From contig CP068257.2 of the NCBI GenBank assembly GCA_009914755.4, positions 1,312,001 to 1,376,000 of the forward strand: a DNA stretch of 64,000 nt, written 5' to 3'. The DNA is from the human T2T-CHM13v2.0 reference genome, Homo sapiens. The number at the start of each line of letters is the position of its first letter. Within the stretch, counting starts at the first letter, position 1. Below are positions 1 to 14,600 of the stretch, in pieces. The notes beneath the pieces are model-generated. The model was given only the letters and a program-made list of their open reading frames with translations. It was not told the origin of the DNA and did not search any database. The translations under genes and the position numbers were made by a program.

Positions 1-1000
1 TGTACATAAAACATCAAAGTACACCAGATATATATTCTATACTGTACAAAAAATATCAAAGTACCCAAAGCATGTATTATATACTGTACATAAAATATGA
101 AATTACATCAAATATATATTATATTAGGTACATAAAATATGAAAGCACATCAAATATAGATTATATACTGTACATTAAATACCAAAGTAACACAAATATA
201 TATTTTATACTGTACATCAAATATCAAAGTTCACAAACTATATATTATATACTGTACATAAAATATCAAAGTACCCAAGGTATATATTCTATACTGTACA
301 AAAAATATCAAAGTACCCAAAGCATGTATTATATACAGTACATAAAATATGAAAGTACATCAAATATATATTTTATTCTGTACATAAAATATCAAAGTAC
401 ACCAGATATATATTCTATAGTGTACATAAAATATCAAAGTACCCAAACTATACATTATATACTGTACATAAAATATGAGATTACATCAAATATATATAAT
501 ATTAGCTACATAAAATATGAAAGTACATCAGATATAGATTATATACTGTACATAAAATATCAAAGTACCCCAAATATATATTATATTCTCTACATGAAAT
601 ATCAAAATTCACAAACTATATATTATATACTGTACATAAAATATCAAAGTACCCATGGTATATATTCTATACTGTACAAAAAATATCAAAGTACCCAAAG
701 CATGTATTATATACTGTATACAAAATATGAAAATACATTAAATATATATTTTATTCTGTACATAAAATATCAAAGTACACCAGATATGTATTCTATAGTG
801 TACATAAAATAACAAAGTACACAAACTATAAATTATATACTGTACGTAAAATATGAAATTACATCAAATATATATTAGGTACATAAAATATGAAAGTACA
901 TCAAATATAGATTATATACTGTACATATAATATCAATGTACCCCAAATATATATTTTATACTCTACATGAAATATCAAAGTTCACAAACCATACATTATA
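1..1000. repeat. Segment duplicated at a +3834 bp offset; the partner is ~3835-4835. The copies diverge beyond that.
   Basis: ORF 72..812 and ORF 4050..4646 share the same variant string (ISYIKYESTSDIDY...YILYTKYENTLNIYFILYIKYQSTPDMYSIVYIK) and end 3834 bp apart. 967 and 4801 start identical ORFs 3834 bp apart. Confidence 0.55.
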
Positions 1001-4000
1001 TACTGTACATAAAATATCAAAGTACCCAAGGTATATATTCTATACTGTACGAAAAATATAAAAGTACCCAAAGCATGTATTATATACTGTACCTAAAATA
1101 TGAAAGTACATCAAATATATATTTTATCCTGTACAAAAAATATCAAAGTACCCAAAGCACGTATTATATACTGTACATAAAATATGAGATTACATCAAAT
1201 ATATATTAGGTACATAAAATATGAAAGTACATCAGATATAGATTATATACTGTACATAAAATATCAAAGTACCCCAAATATATATTATATACTCTACATG
1301 AAATATCAAAGTTCACAAACTATATATTATATAATGTACATAAAATATAAAAGTACCCAAGGTATATATTCTATACTGTACAAAAAATATCAAAGTACCC
1401 AAAGCATGCATTATATACTGTATATAAAATATGAAAATACATTAAATATATATTTTATTCTGTACATAAAATATCAAAGTACACCAGATATATATTCTAT
1501 AGTGTACATAAAATAACAAAGTACACAAACTATAAATTATATACTGTATGTAAAATATGAAATTACATCAAATATATATTAGGTACATAAAATATGAAAG
1601 TACATCAAATATAGATTATATACTGTACATATAATATCAATGTACCCCAAATATATATTTTATACTCTACATGAAATATCAAAGTTCAGAAACCATATAT
1701 TATATACTGTACATAAAATATCAAAGTACCCAAGGTATATATTCTATACTGTACAAAAAATATCAAAGTACCCAAAGCATGTATTATATACTGTACATAA
1801 AATATGAAAGCACATCAAATATATATTTTATTCTGTACATAAAACATCAAAGTACACCAGATATATATTCTATACTGTACAAAAAATATCAAAGTACCCA
1901 AACATGTATTATATACTGTACATAAAATATGAAACTACATCAAATATATATTATATTAGGTACATAAAATATGAAAGCACATCAAATATAGATTATATAC
2001 TGTACATTAAATACCAAAGTAACACAAATATATATTTTATACTGTACATCAAATATCAAAGTTCACAAACTATATATTATATACTGTACATAAAATATCA
2101 AAGTACCCAAGGTATATATTCTATACTGTACAAAAAATATCAAAGTACCCAAAGCATGTATTATATACTGTACATAAAATATGAAAGTACATCAAATATA
2201 TATTTTATTCTGTACATAAAATATCAAAGTACACCAGATATATATTCTATAGTGAACATAAAATAACAAAGTACACAAACGATAAATTATATACTGTACA
2301 TAAAATATGACATTACATCAAATATATATTAGGTACATAAAATATGAAAGTACATCAAATATAGATTATATAATGTACATAAAATATCAATGTACCCCAA
2401 ATATATATTTTATACTCTACATGAAATATCAAAGTTCACAAACTATATATTATATACTGTACATAAAATATCAAAGTACCCAAGGTATATATTCTATACT
2501 GTACAAAAGATATCAAAGTACCCAAAGCATGTATTAGATACTGTACATAAAATATGAAAGTACATCAAATATATATTTTATTCTGTACATAAAATATCAA
2601 AGTACACCAGATATATATTCTACAGTGTACATAAAATATCAAACTACCCAAACTATTTATTATATACTGTACATAAAATATGAAATTACATCAAATATAT
2701 ATTACATTAGTTACATAAAATATGAAAGTACATCAAATATACCTTATATACTGTACATTAAATATCAAAGTACCCCAAATATATATTTTATACTGTACAT
2801 GAAATATCAAAGTTCACAAACTATATGTTATATACTGTACATAAAATATCAAAGTACCCAAGGTATATATTCTATACTGTACAAAAAATATCTAAGTACC
2901 AAAAGCATGTATTATATACTGTACCTAAAATATGACAGTACATCAAATATATATTTTACTCTGTACATAAAATATCAAAGTACTCCAGATATATATTCTA
3001 TAGTGTACATAAAATATCAAAGTACCCAAACTATACATTATATACTGTACATAAAATATGAAATTACATCAAATATATATTAGGTACATAGAATATGAAA
3101 GTACATCAAATATAGATTATATACTGTACATAAAATATCAATGTACCCCAAATATATATTTTATACTCTACATGAAATATCAAAGTTCACAAACCATATA
3201 TTGTATACTGTACATAAAATATCAAAGTACCCAAGGTATGTATTCTATACTGTACAAAAAATATCAAAGTACCCAAAGCATGTATTATATACTGTACATA
3301 AAATATGAAAGTACATCAAATATATATTTTATTCTGTACATAAAATATCAAGGTACACCAGATATATATTCTATAGTGTACATAAAATAGCAAAGTACAC
3401 AAACTATAAATTTTATACTGTACATAAAATATGAAATTACATCAAATATATATTAGGTACATAAAATATGAAAGTACATCAAATATAGATTATATACTGT
3501 ACATAAAATATCAATGTACCCCAAATATATGTTTTATACTCTACATGAAATATCAAAGTTCACAAACCATATATTATATACTGTACATAAAATATCAAAG
3601 TACCCAAGGTATATATTCTATACTGTACAAAAAATATCAAAGTACCCAAAGCATGTATTATATACTGTACATAAAATATGAAACTTCATCAAATATATAT
3701 TTTATTCTGTACAAAAAATATCAAAGTACACCAGACATATTTTCTATAGTGTACATAAAATATCAAAGTACGCAAAGCATGTATTATATACTGTACATAA
3801 AATATGAAAGTACATCAAATATATATTTTATTCTGTACATAAAATATAAAAGTACACCAGATATATATTCTATAGTGTACATAAAATATCAAAAGTACCC
3901 AAACTATACATTATATACTGTACATAAAATATGAAATTACATCAAATATATATTATATTAGGTACATAAAATATGAAAGTACATCAAATATAGATTATAT

Positions 4001-6300
4001 ACTGTACATTAAATACCAAAGTACCCCAAATATATATTTTATACTGTACATGAAATATCAAAGTTCACACACTATATATTATATACTGTACATAAAATAT
4101 CAAAGTACCCAAGCTATATATTCTATACTGTACAAAAAATATCAAAGTACCCAAAGCATGTATTATATACTGTACATAAAATATGAAAGTACATCAAATA
4201 TATATTATACTCTGTACATAAAATATCAAAGTACACCAGATATATATTCTATAGTGTACATAAAATATCAAAGTACCCAAACTATACATTATATACTGTA
4301 CATAAAATATGAGATTACATCAAATATATATTATATTAGCTACATAAAATATGAAAGTACATCAGATATAGATTATATACTGTACATAAAATATCAAAGT
4401 ACCCCAAATATATATTATATACTCTACATTAAATATCAAAGTTCACAAACTACATATTATATACTGTACATAAAATATCAAAGTACCCAAGGTATATATT
4501 CTATACTGTACAAAAAATATCAAAGTACCCAAAGCATGTATTATATACTGTATACAAAATATGAAAATACATTAAATATATATTTTATTCTGTACATAAA
4601 ATATCAAAGTACACCAGATATGTATTCTATAGTGTACATAAAATAACAAAGTACACAAACTATAAATTATATACTGTACATAAAATATGAAATTACATCA
4701 AATATATATTAGGTACATAAAATATGAAAGTACATCAAATATAGATTATATACTGTACATATAATATCAAAGTACCCCAAATATATATTTTATACTCTAC
4801 ATGAAATATCAAAGTTCACAAACCATACATTATATACTGTACAAAAAATATCAAAGTACCCAAGTTATATATTCTATACTGTACCAAAAATATCAAAGTA
4901 CCCAAAGCATGTATTACATACTGTACATAAAATATGAAAGTACATCAAATATATATTTTATTCTGTACATAAAATATCAAAGTACACCAGATATATATTC
5001 TATAGTGTACATAAAATATCAAAGTACCCAAACTATACATTATATACTGTACATAAAATATGAAATTACATCTAATATATATTAGGTACATAAAATATGA
5101 AAGTATATCAAATATAGATTATATACTGTACATATAATATCAATGAACCCCAAATATATATTTTATACTCTACATGAAATATCAAAATTCACAGTCCATA
5201 TATTATATACTGTACATAAAATATCAAAGTACCCAAGGTATATATTCTATAGTGTACAAAAAATATCAAAGTACCCAAAGCATGTATTATATACTGTACA
5301 TAAAATATGAAAGTACATCAAATATATATTTTATTCTGTACATAAAATATCAAAGTACACCAGATATATATTCTATAGTGTACATAAAATATCAAAGTAC
5401 CCAAACTATACATTATATACTGTACATAAAATATGAAATTACATCAAATATATATTATATTAGGTACATAAAATATGAAAGCACATCAAATATAGATTAT
5501 ATACTGTACATTAAATACCAAAGTACCCCAAATATATATTTTATACTGTACATCAAATATCAAAGTTCACAAACTATATATTATATACTGTACAGAAAAT
5601 ATCAAAGTACCCAAGGTATATATTCTATACTATACAAAAAATATCAAAGTACCCAAAGCATGTATTATATACTGTACCTAAAATATGAAAGTACATCAAA
5701 TATATATTTTATTCTGTACTTAAAATATCAAAGTACTCCAGATATATATCCTATTGTGTACATAAAATATCAAAGTACCCAAACTATACATTATATACTG
5801 TACATAAAATATGAAATTACATCAAATATATTTTATATTAGGTACATAAAATATGAAAGTACATCAAATATAGAAGATATACTGTACTTTAAATACCAAA
5901 GTACCCCAAATATATATTTTATACTATACATGAAATATCAAAGTTCACAAACTATATATTATATACTGTACATATAATATCAAAGTACCCAAGGTATATA
6001 TTCTATACTGTACAAAAAATAACAAAGTACCAAAAGCATGTATAATATACTGTACATAAAATATGAAAGTACATCAAATATATATTTTATTCTGTACATA
6101 AAATATCAAAGTACACCAGATATATATTCTATAGTGTACATAAAATATCAAAGTACACAAACTATACATTATATAGTGTAAATAAAATATGAAATTACAT
6201 CAAATATATTTTATATTAGGTACATAAAATATGAAAGTACATCAAATATAGATTATATACTGTACAGTAAATACCAAAGTACCCCAAATATATATTTTAT
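1..6300. repeat. 5' array domain with irregular HORs. It includes 8-monomer (~336-bp) units and domain-specific monomer variants, and it lacks the 'ataaagtcccc' marker monomer.
   Basis: Between 812 and 1209 the HOR runs m1-m2-m3-m4-m5-m6-m5'-m9 (8 monomers). Variants ttagctacataaa and catcagatatagatt occur at ~504/521, 1232 and 4340/4362. Spacings of related ORFs such as 1832 and 3834 bp are not multiples of 373/378. Confidence 0.6.
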
Positions 6301-7300
6301 ACTGTACATGAAATATCAAAGTTCACAAACTATATATTATATACTGTACATAAATTATCAAAGTACCCAAGGTATATATTCTATACTGTACAAAAAATAT
6401 CAAAGTACCCAAAGCATGTATTATATACTGTACATAAAATATGATAGTACACCAATTATATATTTTATTCTGTACATAATATATCAAAGTACACCAGATA
6501 TATATTCTATAGTGTACATAAAATAACAAAGTACACAAACTATACATTATATACTGTACATAAAATATGAAATTACATCAAATATATATTAGGTACATAA
6601 AATATGAAAGTACATCAAATATAGATTATATACTGTACATAAAATATCAATGTACCCCAAATATATATTTTATACTATACATGAAATATCAAAGTTCACA
6701 AACCATATATTGTATACTGTACATAAAATATCAAAGTACCCAAGGTATATGTTCTATACTGTACAAAAAATATCAAAGTACCCAAAGCATGTATTATATA
6801 CTGTACATAAAATATGAAAGTACATCAAATATATATTTTATTCCGTACATAAAATATCAAAGTACACCAGATATATATTCTATAGTGTACATAAAATATC
6901 AAAGTACCCAAACTATACATTATATACTGTACATAAAATATGAAATTACATCAAATATATATTATATTAGGTACATAAAATATGAAAGTACATCAAATAT
7001 AGATTATATACTGTACATAAAATATCAAAGTACCCCAAATATATATTATATACTCTACATGAAATATCAAAGTTCACAAACTATATATTATATACTGTAC
7101 ATAAAATATCAAAGTACCCAAGGTATATATTCTATAATGTACAAAAAATATCAAAGTACCCAAAGCGTGTATTATATACTGTATATAAAATATGAAATTA
7201 CATCAAATATATATTTTATTCTGTACATAAAATATCAAAGTACACCAGATATATATTCTATAGTGTACATAAAATATCAAAGTACCCAAACTATACATTA
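5600..7300. repeat. Segmental duplication copy A; the partner is 11990-13690 at a +6392 bp offset.
   Basis: Paired landmarks all lie 6392 bp apart: ORF ends 5977 and 12369; + ORFs 6308 and 12700; - ORFs 6323..6547 and 12715..12939 (identical 74-aa artefact ORFs); ORF starts 6567 and 12959. Shared private variants include PDIYPIV/NIFYIR, aataacaa.gtaccaaaagcatgtataatatac and tgtaaataaaatatgaaattacatcaaatatattttatattagg. Confidence 0.75.
6567..6939. repeat. Example single HOR copy, 373-bp short form. m9 lacks the 5-bp atatt, which shifts the reading frame and creates a TAG.
   Basis: Landmark atg(aaattacatc) at 6567 and again at 6940. Here m9 reads ...aaatatatattaggtac. Confidence 0.85.
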
Positions 7301-7317
7301 TATACTGTACATAAAAT
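6940..7317. repeat. Example single HOR copy, 378-bp long form (9 x 42 bp).
   Basis: Landmark at 6940 and next at 7318. m9 reads ...aaatatatattatattaggtac, keeping the open + frame continuous (YEITSNIYYIRYIKY). Confidence 0.85.
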
Positions 7318-8821
7318 ATGAAATTACATCAAATATATATTATATTAGGTACATAAAATATGAAAGTACATCAAATATAGATTATATACTGTATATTAAA
7401 TACCAAAGTACCCCAAATATATATTTTATACTGTACATGAAATATCAAAGTTCACAAACTATATATTACATACTGTACATAAAATATCAAAGTACCCAAG
7501 GTATATATTCTATACTATATAAAAAATATCAAAGTACCCAAAGCATGTATTATATACTGTACCTAAAATATGAAAGTACATCAAATATATATTTTATTCT
7601 GTACATAAAATATCAAAGTACACCAGATATATATTCTATAGTGTACATAAAATATCAAAGTACCCAAACTATACATTATATACTGTACATAAAATATGAA
7701 ATTACATCAAATATATATTATATTAGGTACATAAAATATGAAAGTACATCAAATATAGATTATATACTGTACATAAAATATCAAAGTACCCCAAATATAT
7801 ATTATATACTCTACATGAAATATCAAAGTTCACAAACTATATATTATATACTGTACATAAAATAAAGTCCCCAAGGTATATATTCTATACTGTAGAAAAA
7901 ATATCAAAGTACCCAAAGCATGTATTATATACTGTATATAAAATATGAAAGTACATCAAATATATATTTTATTCTGTACATAATATATCAAAGTACACCA
8001 GATGTATATTCTATAGTGTACATAAAATAACAAAGTACAAAAACTATAAATTATATACTGTACATAAAATATGAAATTACATCAAATATATATTATGTAC
8101 ATAAAATATGAAAGTACATCAAATATAGATTATATACTGTACATAAAATTCCAATGTACCCCAAATATATATTTTATACTCTACATGAAATATCAAAGTT
8201 CACAAACCATATATTATATACTGTACATAAAATATCAAAGTACCCAAGGTATATATTCTATACTGTACAAAAAATATCAAAGTACCCAAAGCATGTATTA
8301 TATACTGTACATAAAATATGAAAGTACATCAAATATATATTTTATTCTGTACATAAAATATCAAAGTACACCAGATATATATTCTATAGTGTACATAAAA
8401 TATCAAAGTAAACAAACTATACATTATATACTGTACATAAAATATGAAATTACATCAAATATATATTATATTAGGTACATAAAATATGAAAGTACATCAA
8501 ATATAGATTATATACTGTACATTAAATACCAAAGTACCCCAAATATATATTATATTCTCTACATGATATATCAAAGTTCACAAACTATATATTATATACT
8601 GTACATAAAATATCAAAGTACCCAAGGTATATATTCTATACTGTACAAAAAATATCAAAGTACCCAAAGCATGTATTATATACTGTACATAAAATATGAA
8701 AGTACATCAAATATATATTTTATTCTGTACATAAAATATCAAAGTACACCAGATATATATTCTATAGTGTACATAAAATAACAAAGTACAAAAACTATAA
8801 ATTATATACTGTACATAAAAT

Positions 8822-9690
8822 ATGAAATTACATCAAATATATATTAGGTACATAAAATATGAAAGTACATCAAATATAGATTATATACTGTACATAAAAT
8901 ATCAATGTACCCCAAATATATATTTTATACTCGACATGAAATACCAAAGTTCACAAACCATATATTATATACTGTACATAAAATATCAAAGTACCCAAGG
9001 TATATATTCTATACTGTGCAAAAAATATCAAAGTACCCAAAGCATGTATTATATACTGTACATAAAATATGAAAGTACATCAGATATATATTTTATTCTG
9101 TACATAAAATATCAAAGTACACCAGATATATATTCTATAGTGTACATAAAATATCAAAGTACCCAAACTATACATTATATACTGTACATAAAATATGAAA
9201 TTACATCAAATATATATTATATTAGGTACATAAAATATGAAAGTACATCAAATATAGATTATATACTGTACATAAAATATCAAAGTACCCCAAATATATA
9301 TTATATACTCTACATGAAATATCAAAGTTCACAAGCTATATATTATATACTGTACATAAAATATCAAAGTACCCAAGGTATATATTCTATAATGTACAAA
9401 AAATATCAAAGTACCCAAAGCGTGTATTATATACTGTATATAAAATATAAAATTACATCAAATATATATTTTATTCTGTACATAAAATATCAAAGTACAC
9501 CAGATATATATTCTATAGTGTACATAAAATATCAAAGTACCCAAACTATACATTATATACTGTACATAAAATATGAAATTACATCAAATATATATTATAT
9601 TAGGTACATAAAATATGAAAGTACATCAAATATAGATTATATACTGTACATTAAATACCAAAGTACCCCAAATATATATTTTATACTGTA
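8822..9690. repeat. Block duplicated at 22854-23722 (+14032 bp offset), with a partial third copy starting at 21725.
   Basis: ORFs 8822..9691 and 22854..23723 are both 289 aa and near-identical. The private variant ctgtgcaaaaaat (ILCKK/IPCKK) occurs at ~9015, ~21919 and ~23048. The terminal tgtaaatgaaatatc lies at 9688 and 23721. Confidence 0.7.
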
Positions 9691-11619
9691 AATGAAATAT
9701 CAAAGTTCGCAAACTATATATTATATACTGTACATAAAATAAAGTCCCCAAGGTATATATTCTATACTATAGAATAAATATCAAAGTACCCAAAGCATGT
9801 ATTATATACTGTACATAAAATATGATAGTACACCAAATATATATTTTATTCTGTACATAATATATCAAAGTACACCAGATATATATTCTATAGTGTACAT
9901 AAAATAACAAAGTACACAAACTATACATTATATACTGTACATAAAATATGAAATTACATCAAATATATATTAGGTACATAAAATATGAAAGTACATCAAA
10001 TATAGTTTATATACTGTACATAAAATATCAATGTACCCCAAATACATATTTTATACTATACATGAAATATCAAAGTTCACAAACCATATATTGTATACTG
10101 TACATAAAATATCAAAGTACCCAAGGTATATGTTCTATACTGTACAAAAAATATCAAAGTACCCAAAGCATGTATTATATACTGTACATAAAATATGAAA
10201 GTACATCAAATATATATTTTATTCTGTACATAAAATATCAAAGTACACCAGATATATATTCTATAGTGTACATAAAATATCAAAGTACACAAACTATACA
10301 TTATATACTGTACATAAAATATGAAATTACATCAAATATATATTATATAAGGTACATAAAATATGAAAGTACATCAAATATAGATTATATACTGTACATT
10401 AAATACCAAAGAACCCCAAATATATATTATATACTCTACATGAAATATCAAAGTTCACAAACTATATATTATATACTGTACATAAAATATCAAAGTACCC
10501 AAGGTATATATTCTATACTGTACAAAAAATATCAAAGTACCCAAAGCATGTATTATATACTGTACATAAAATATGAAAGTACATCAAATATATATTTTAT
10601 TCTGTACATAAAATATCAAAGTACACCAGATATATATTCTATAGAGTACATAAAATATCAAAGTACCCAAACTATACATTATATAATGTACATAAAATAT
10701 GAAATTACATCAAATATATATTATATTAGGTACATAAAATATGAAAGTACATCAAATATAGATTATATACTGTACATAAAATATCAAAGTACCCCAAATA
10801 TATATTATATACTCTACATGAAATATCAAAGTTCACAAACTATATATTATATACTGTACATAAAATATCAAAGTACCCAAGGTATATATTCTATAATGTA
10901 CAAAAAATATCAAAGTACCCAAAGCGTGTATTATATACTGTATATAAAATATGAAATTACATCAAATATATATTTTATTCTGTACATAAAATATCAAAGT
11001 ACACCAGATATATATTCTATAGTGTACATAAAATATCAAAATACCCAAACTATACATTATATACTGTACATAAAATATGAAATTACATCAAATATATATT
11101 ATATTAGGTACATAAAATATGAAAGTACATCAAATATAGATTATATACTGTACATTAAATACCAAAGTACCCCAAATATATATTTTATACTGTAAATGAA
11201 ATATCAAAGTTCACAAACTATATATTATATACTGTACATAAAATATCAAAGTACCCAAGGTATATATTCTATACTGTACAAAAAATATCAAAGTACCCAA
11301 AGCATGTATTATATACTGTACCTAAAATATGAAAGTACATCAAATATATATTTTATTCTGTACATAAAATATCAAAGTACACCAGATATATATTCTATAG
11401 TGTACATAAAATATCAAAGTACCCAAACTATACATTATATACTGTACATAAAATATGAAATTACATCAAATATATATTATATTAGGTACATAAAATATGA
11501 AAGTACATCAAATATAGATTATACACTGTACATAAAATATCAAAGTACCCCAAATATATATTATATACTCTACATGAAATATCAAAGTTCACAAACTATA
11601 TATTATATACTGTACATAA

Positions 11620-14600
11620 AATAAAGTCCCCAAGGTATATATTCTATACTGTAGAAAAAATATCAAAGTACCCAAATCAAGTATTATATACTGTATATAA
11701 AATATGAAAGTACATCAAATATATATTTTATTCTGTACATAATTTATCAAAGTACACCAGATATATATTCTATAGTGTACATAAAATAACAAAGTACAAA
11801 AACTATAAATTATATACTGTACATAAAATATGAAATTACATCAAATATATATTAGGTACATAAAATATGAAAGTACATCAAATATAGATTATATACTGTA
11901 CATAAAATTTCAATGTACCCCAAATATATATTTTATACTCTACATGAAATATCAAAGTTCACAAACCATATATTATATACTGTACATAAAATAACAAAGT
12001 ACCCAAGGTATATATTCTATACTATACAAAAAATATCAAAGTACCCAAAGCATGTATTATATACTGTACCTAAAATATGAAAGTACATCAAATATATATT
12101 TTATTCTGTACATAAAATATCAAAGTACTCCAGATATATATCCTATAGTGTACATAAAATATCAAAGTACCCAAACTATACATTATATACTGTACATAAA
12201 ATATGAAATTACATCAAATATATTTTATATTAGGTACATAAAATATGAAAGTACATCAAATATAGTTTATATACTGTACATTAAATACCAAAGTACCCCA
12301 AATATATATTTTATACTATACATGAAATATCAAAGTTCACAAACTATATATTATATACTGTACATATAATATCAAAGTACCCAAGGTATATATTCTATAC
12401 TGTACAAAAAATAACAAGGTACCAAAAGCATGTATAATATACTGTACATAAAATATGAAAGTACATCAAATATATATTTTATTCTGTACATAAAATATCA
12501 AAGTACACCAGATATATATTCTATAGTGTACATAAAATATCAAAGTACCCAAACTATACATTATATACTGTAAATAAAATATGAAATTACATCAAATATA
12601 TTTTATATTAGGTACATAAAATATGAAAGTACATCAAATATAGATTATATACTGTACATTAAATACCAAAGTACCCCAAATATATATTTTATACTGTACA
12701 TGAAATATCAAAGTTCACAAACTATATATTATATACTGTACATAAATTATCAAAGTACCCAAGGTATATATTCTATACTGTACAAAAAATATCAAAGTAC
12801 CCAAAGCATGTATTATATACTGTACATAAAATATGATAGTACACCAAATATATATTTTATTCTGTACATAATATATCAAAGTACACCAGATATATATTCT
12901 ATAGTGTACATAAAATAACAAAGTACACAAACTATACATTATATACTGTACATAAAATATGAAATTACATCAAATGTATATTAGGTACATAAAATATGAA
13001 AGTACATCAAATATAGATTATATACTGTACATAAAATATCAATGTACCCCAAATATATATTTTATACTATACATGAAATATCAAAGTTCACAAACCATAT
13101 ATTGTGTACTGTACATAAAATATCAAAGTACCCAAGGTATATGTTCTATACTGTACAAAAAATATCAAAGTACCCAAAGCATGTATTATATACTGTACAT
13201 AAAATATGAAAGTACATCAAATATATATTTTATTCCGTACATAAAATATCAAAGTACACCAGATATATATTCTATAGTGTACATAAAATATCAAAGTAAA
13301 CAAACTATACATTATATACTGTACATAAAATATGAAATTACATCAAATATATATTATATAAGGTACATAAAATATGAAAGTACATCAAATATAGATTATA
13401 TACTGTACATTAAATACCAAAGAACCCCAAATATATATTATATACTCTACATGAAATATCAAAGTTCACAAACTATATATTATATACTGTACATAAAATA
13501 TCAAAGTACCCAAGGTATATATTCTATACTGTACAAAAAATATCAAAGTACCCAAAGCATGTATTATATGCTGTATATAAAATATGAAAGTACATCAAAT
13601 ATATATTTTATTCTGTACATAAAATATCAAAGTACACCAGATATATATTCTATAGTGTACATAAAATAACAAAGTACACAAACTATAAATTATATACTGT
13701 ACATAAAATATGAAATTACATCAAATATATATTAGGTACATAAAATATGAAAGTACATCAAATATAGATTATATACTGTACATAAAATATCAATGTACCC
13801 CAAATATATATTTTATACTCTACATGAAATACCAAAGTTCACAAACCATAAATTATATACTGTACATAAAATAAAGTCCCCAGGGTATATATTCTATACT
13901 GTAGAAAAAATATCAAAGTACCCAAAGCATGTATTATATACTGTATATAAAATATGAAAGTACATCAAATATATATTTTATTCTGTACATAATATATCAA
14001 AGTACACCAGATATATATTCTATAGTGTACATAAAATAACAAAGTACAAAAACTATAAATTATATACTGTACATAAAATATGAAATTACATCAAATATAT
14101 ATTAGGTACATAAAATATGAAAGTACATCAAATATAGATTATATACTGTACATAAAATTTCAATGTACCCCAAATATATATTTTATACTCTACATGAAAT
14201 ATCAAAGTTCACAAACCATATATTATATACTGTACATAAAATATCAAAGTACGCAAGGTATATATTCTATACTATACAAAAAATATCAAAGTACCCAAAG
14301 CATGTATTATATACTGTACCTAAAATATGAAAGTACATCAAATATGTATTTTATTCTGTACATAAAATATCAAAGTACTCCAGATATATATCCTATAGTG
14401 TACATAAAATATCAAAGTACCCAAACTATACATTATATACTGTACATAAAATATGAAATTACATCAAATATATTTTATATTAGGTACATAAAATATGAAA
14501 GTACATCAAATATAGATTATATACTGTACATTAAATACCAAAGTACCCCAAATATATATTTTATACTGTACATGAAATATCAAAGTTCACAAACTATATA

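Noticed and set aside
6323-6547. Minus-strand 62-74-aa ORFs recurring at 6323, 12715, 16467, 24949, 25735, 26860, 28703, 29076 and 38107
   Set aside because: These are reverse-complement translations of the same satellite (MYSLCTLLFYVHYRIYIWCTL...). Identical copies recur only because of the segmental duplications. They are useful as duplication landmarks, not as genes.
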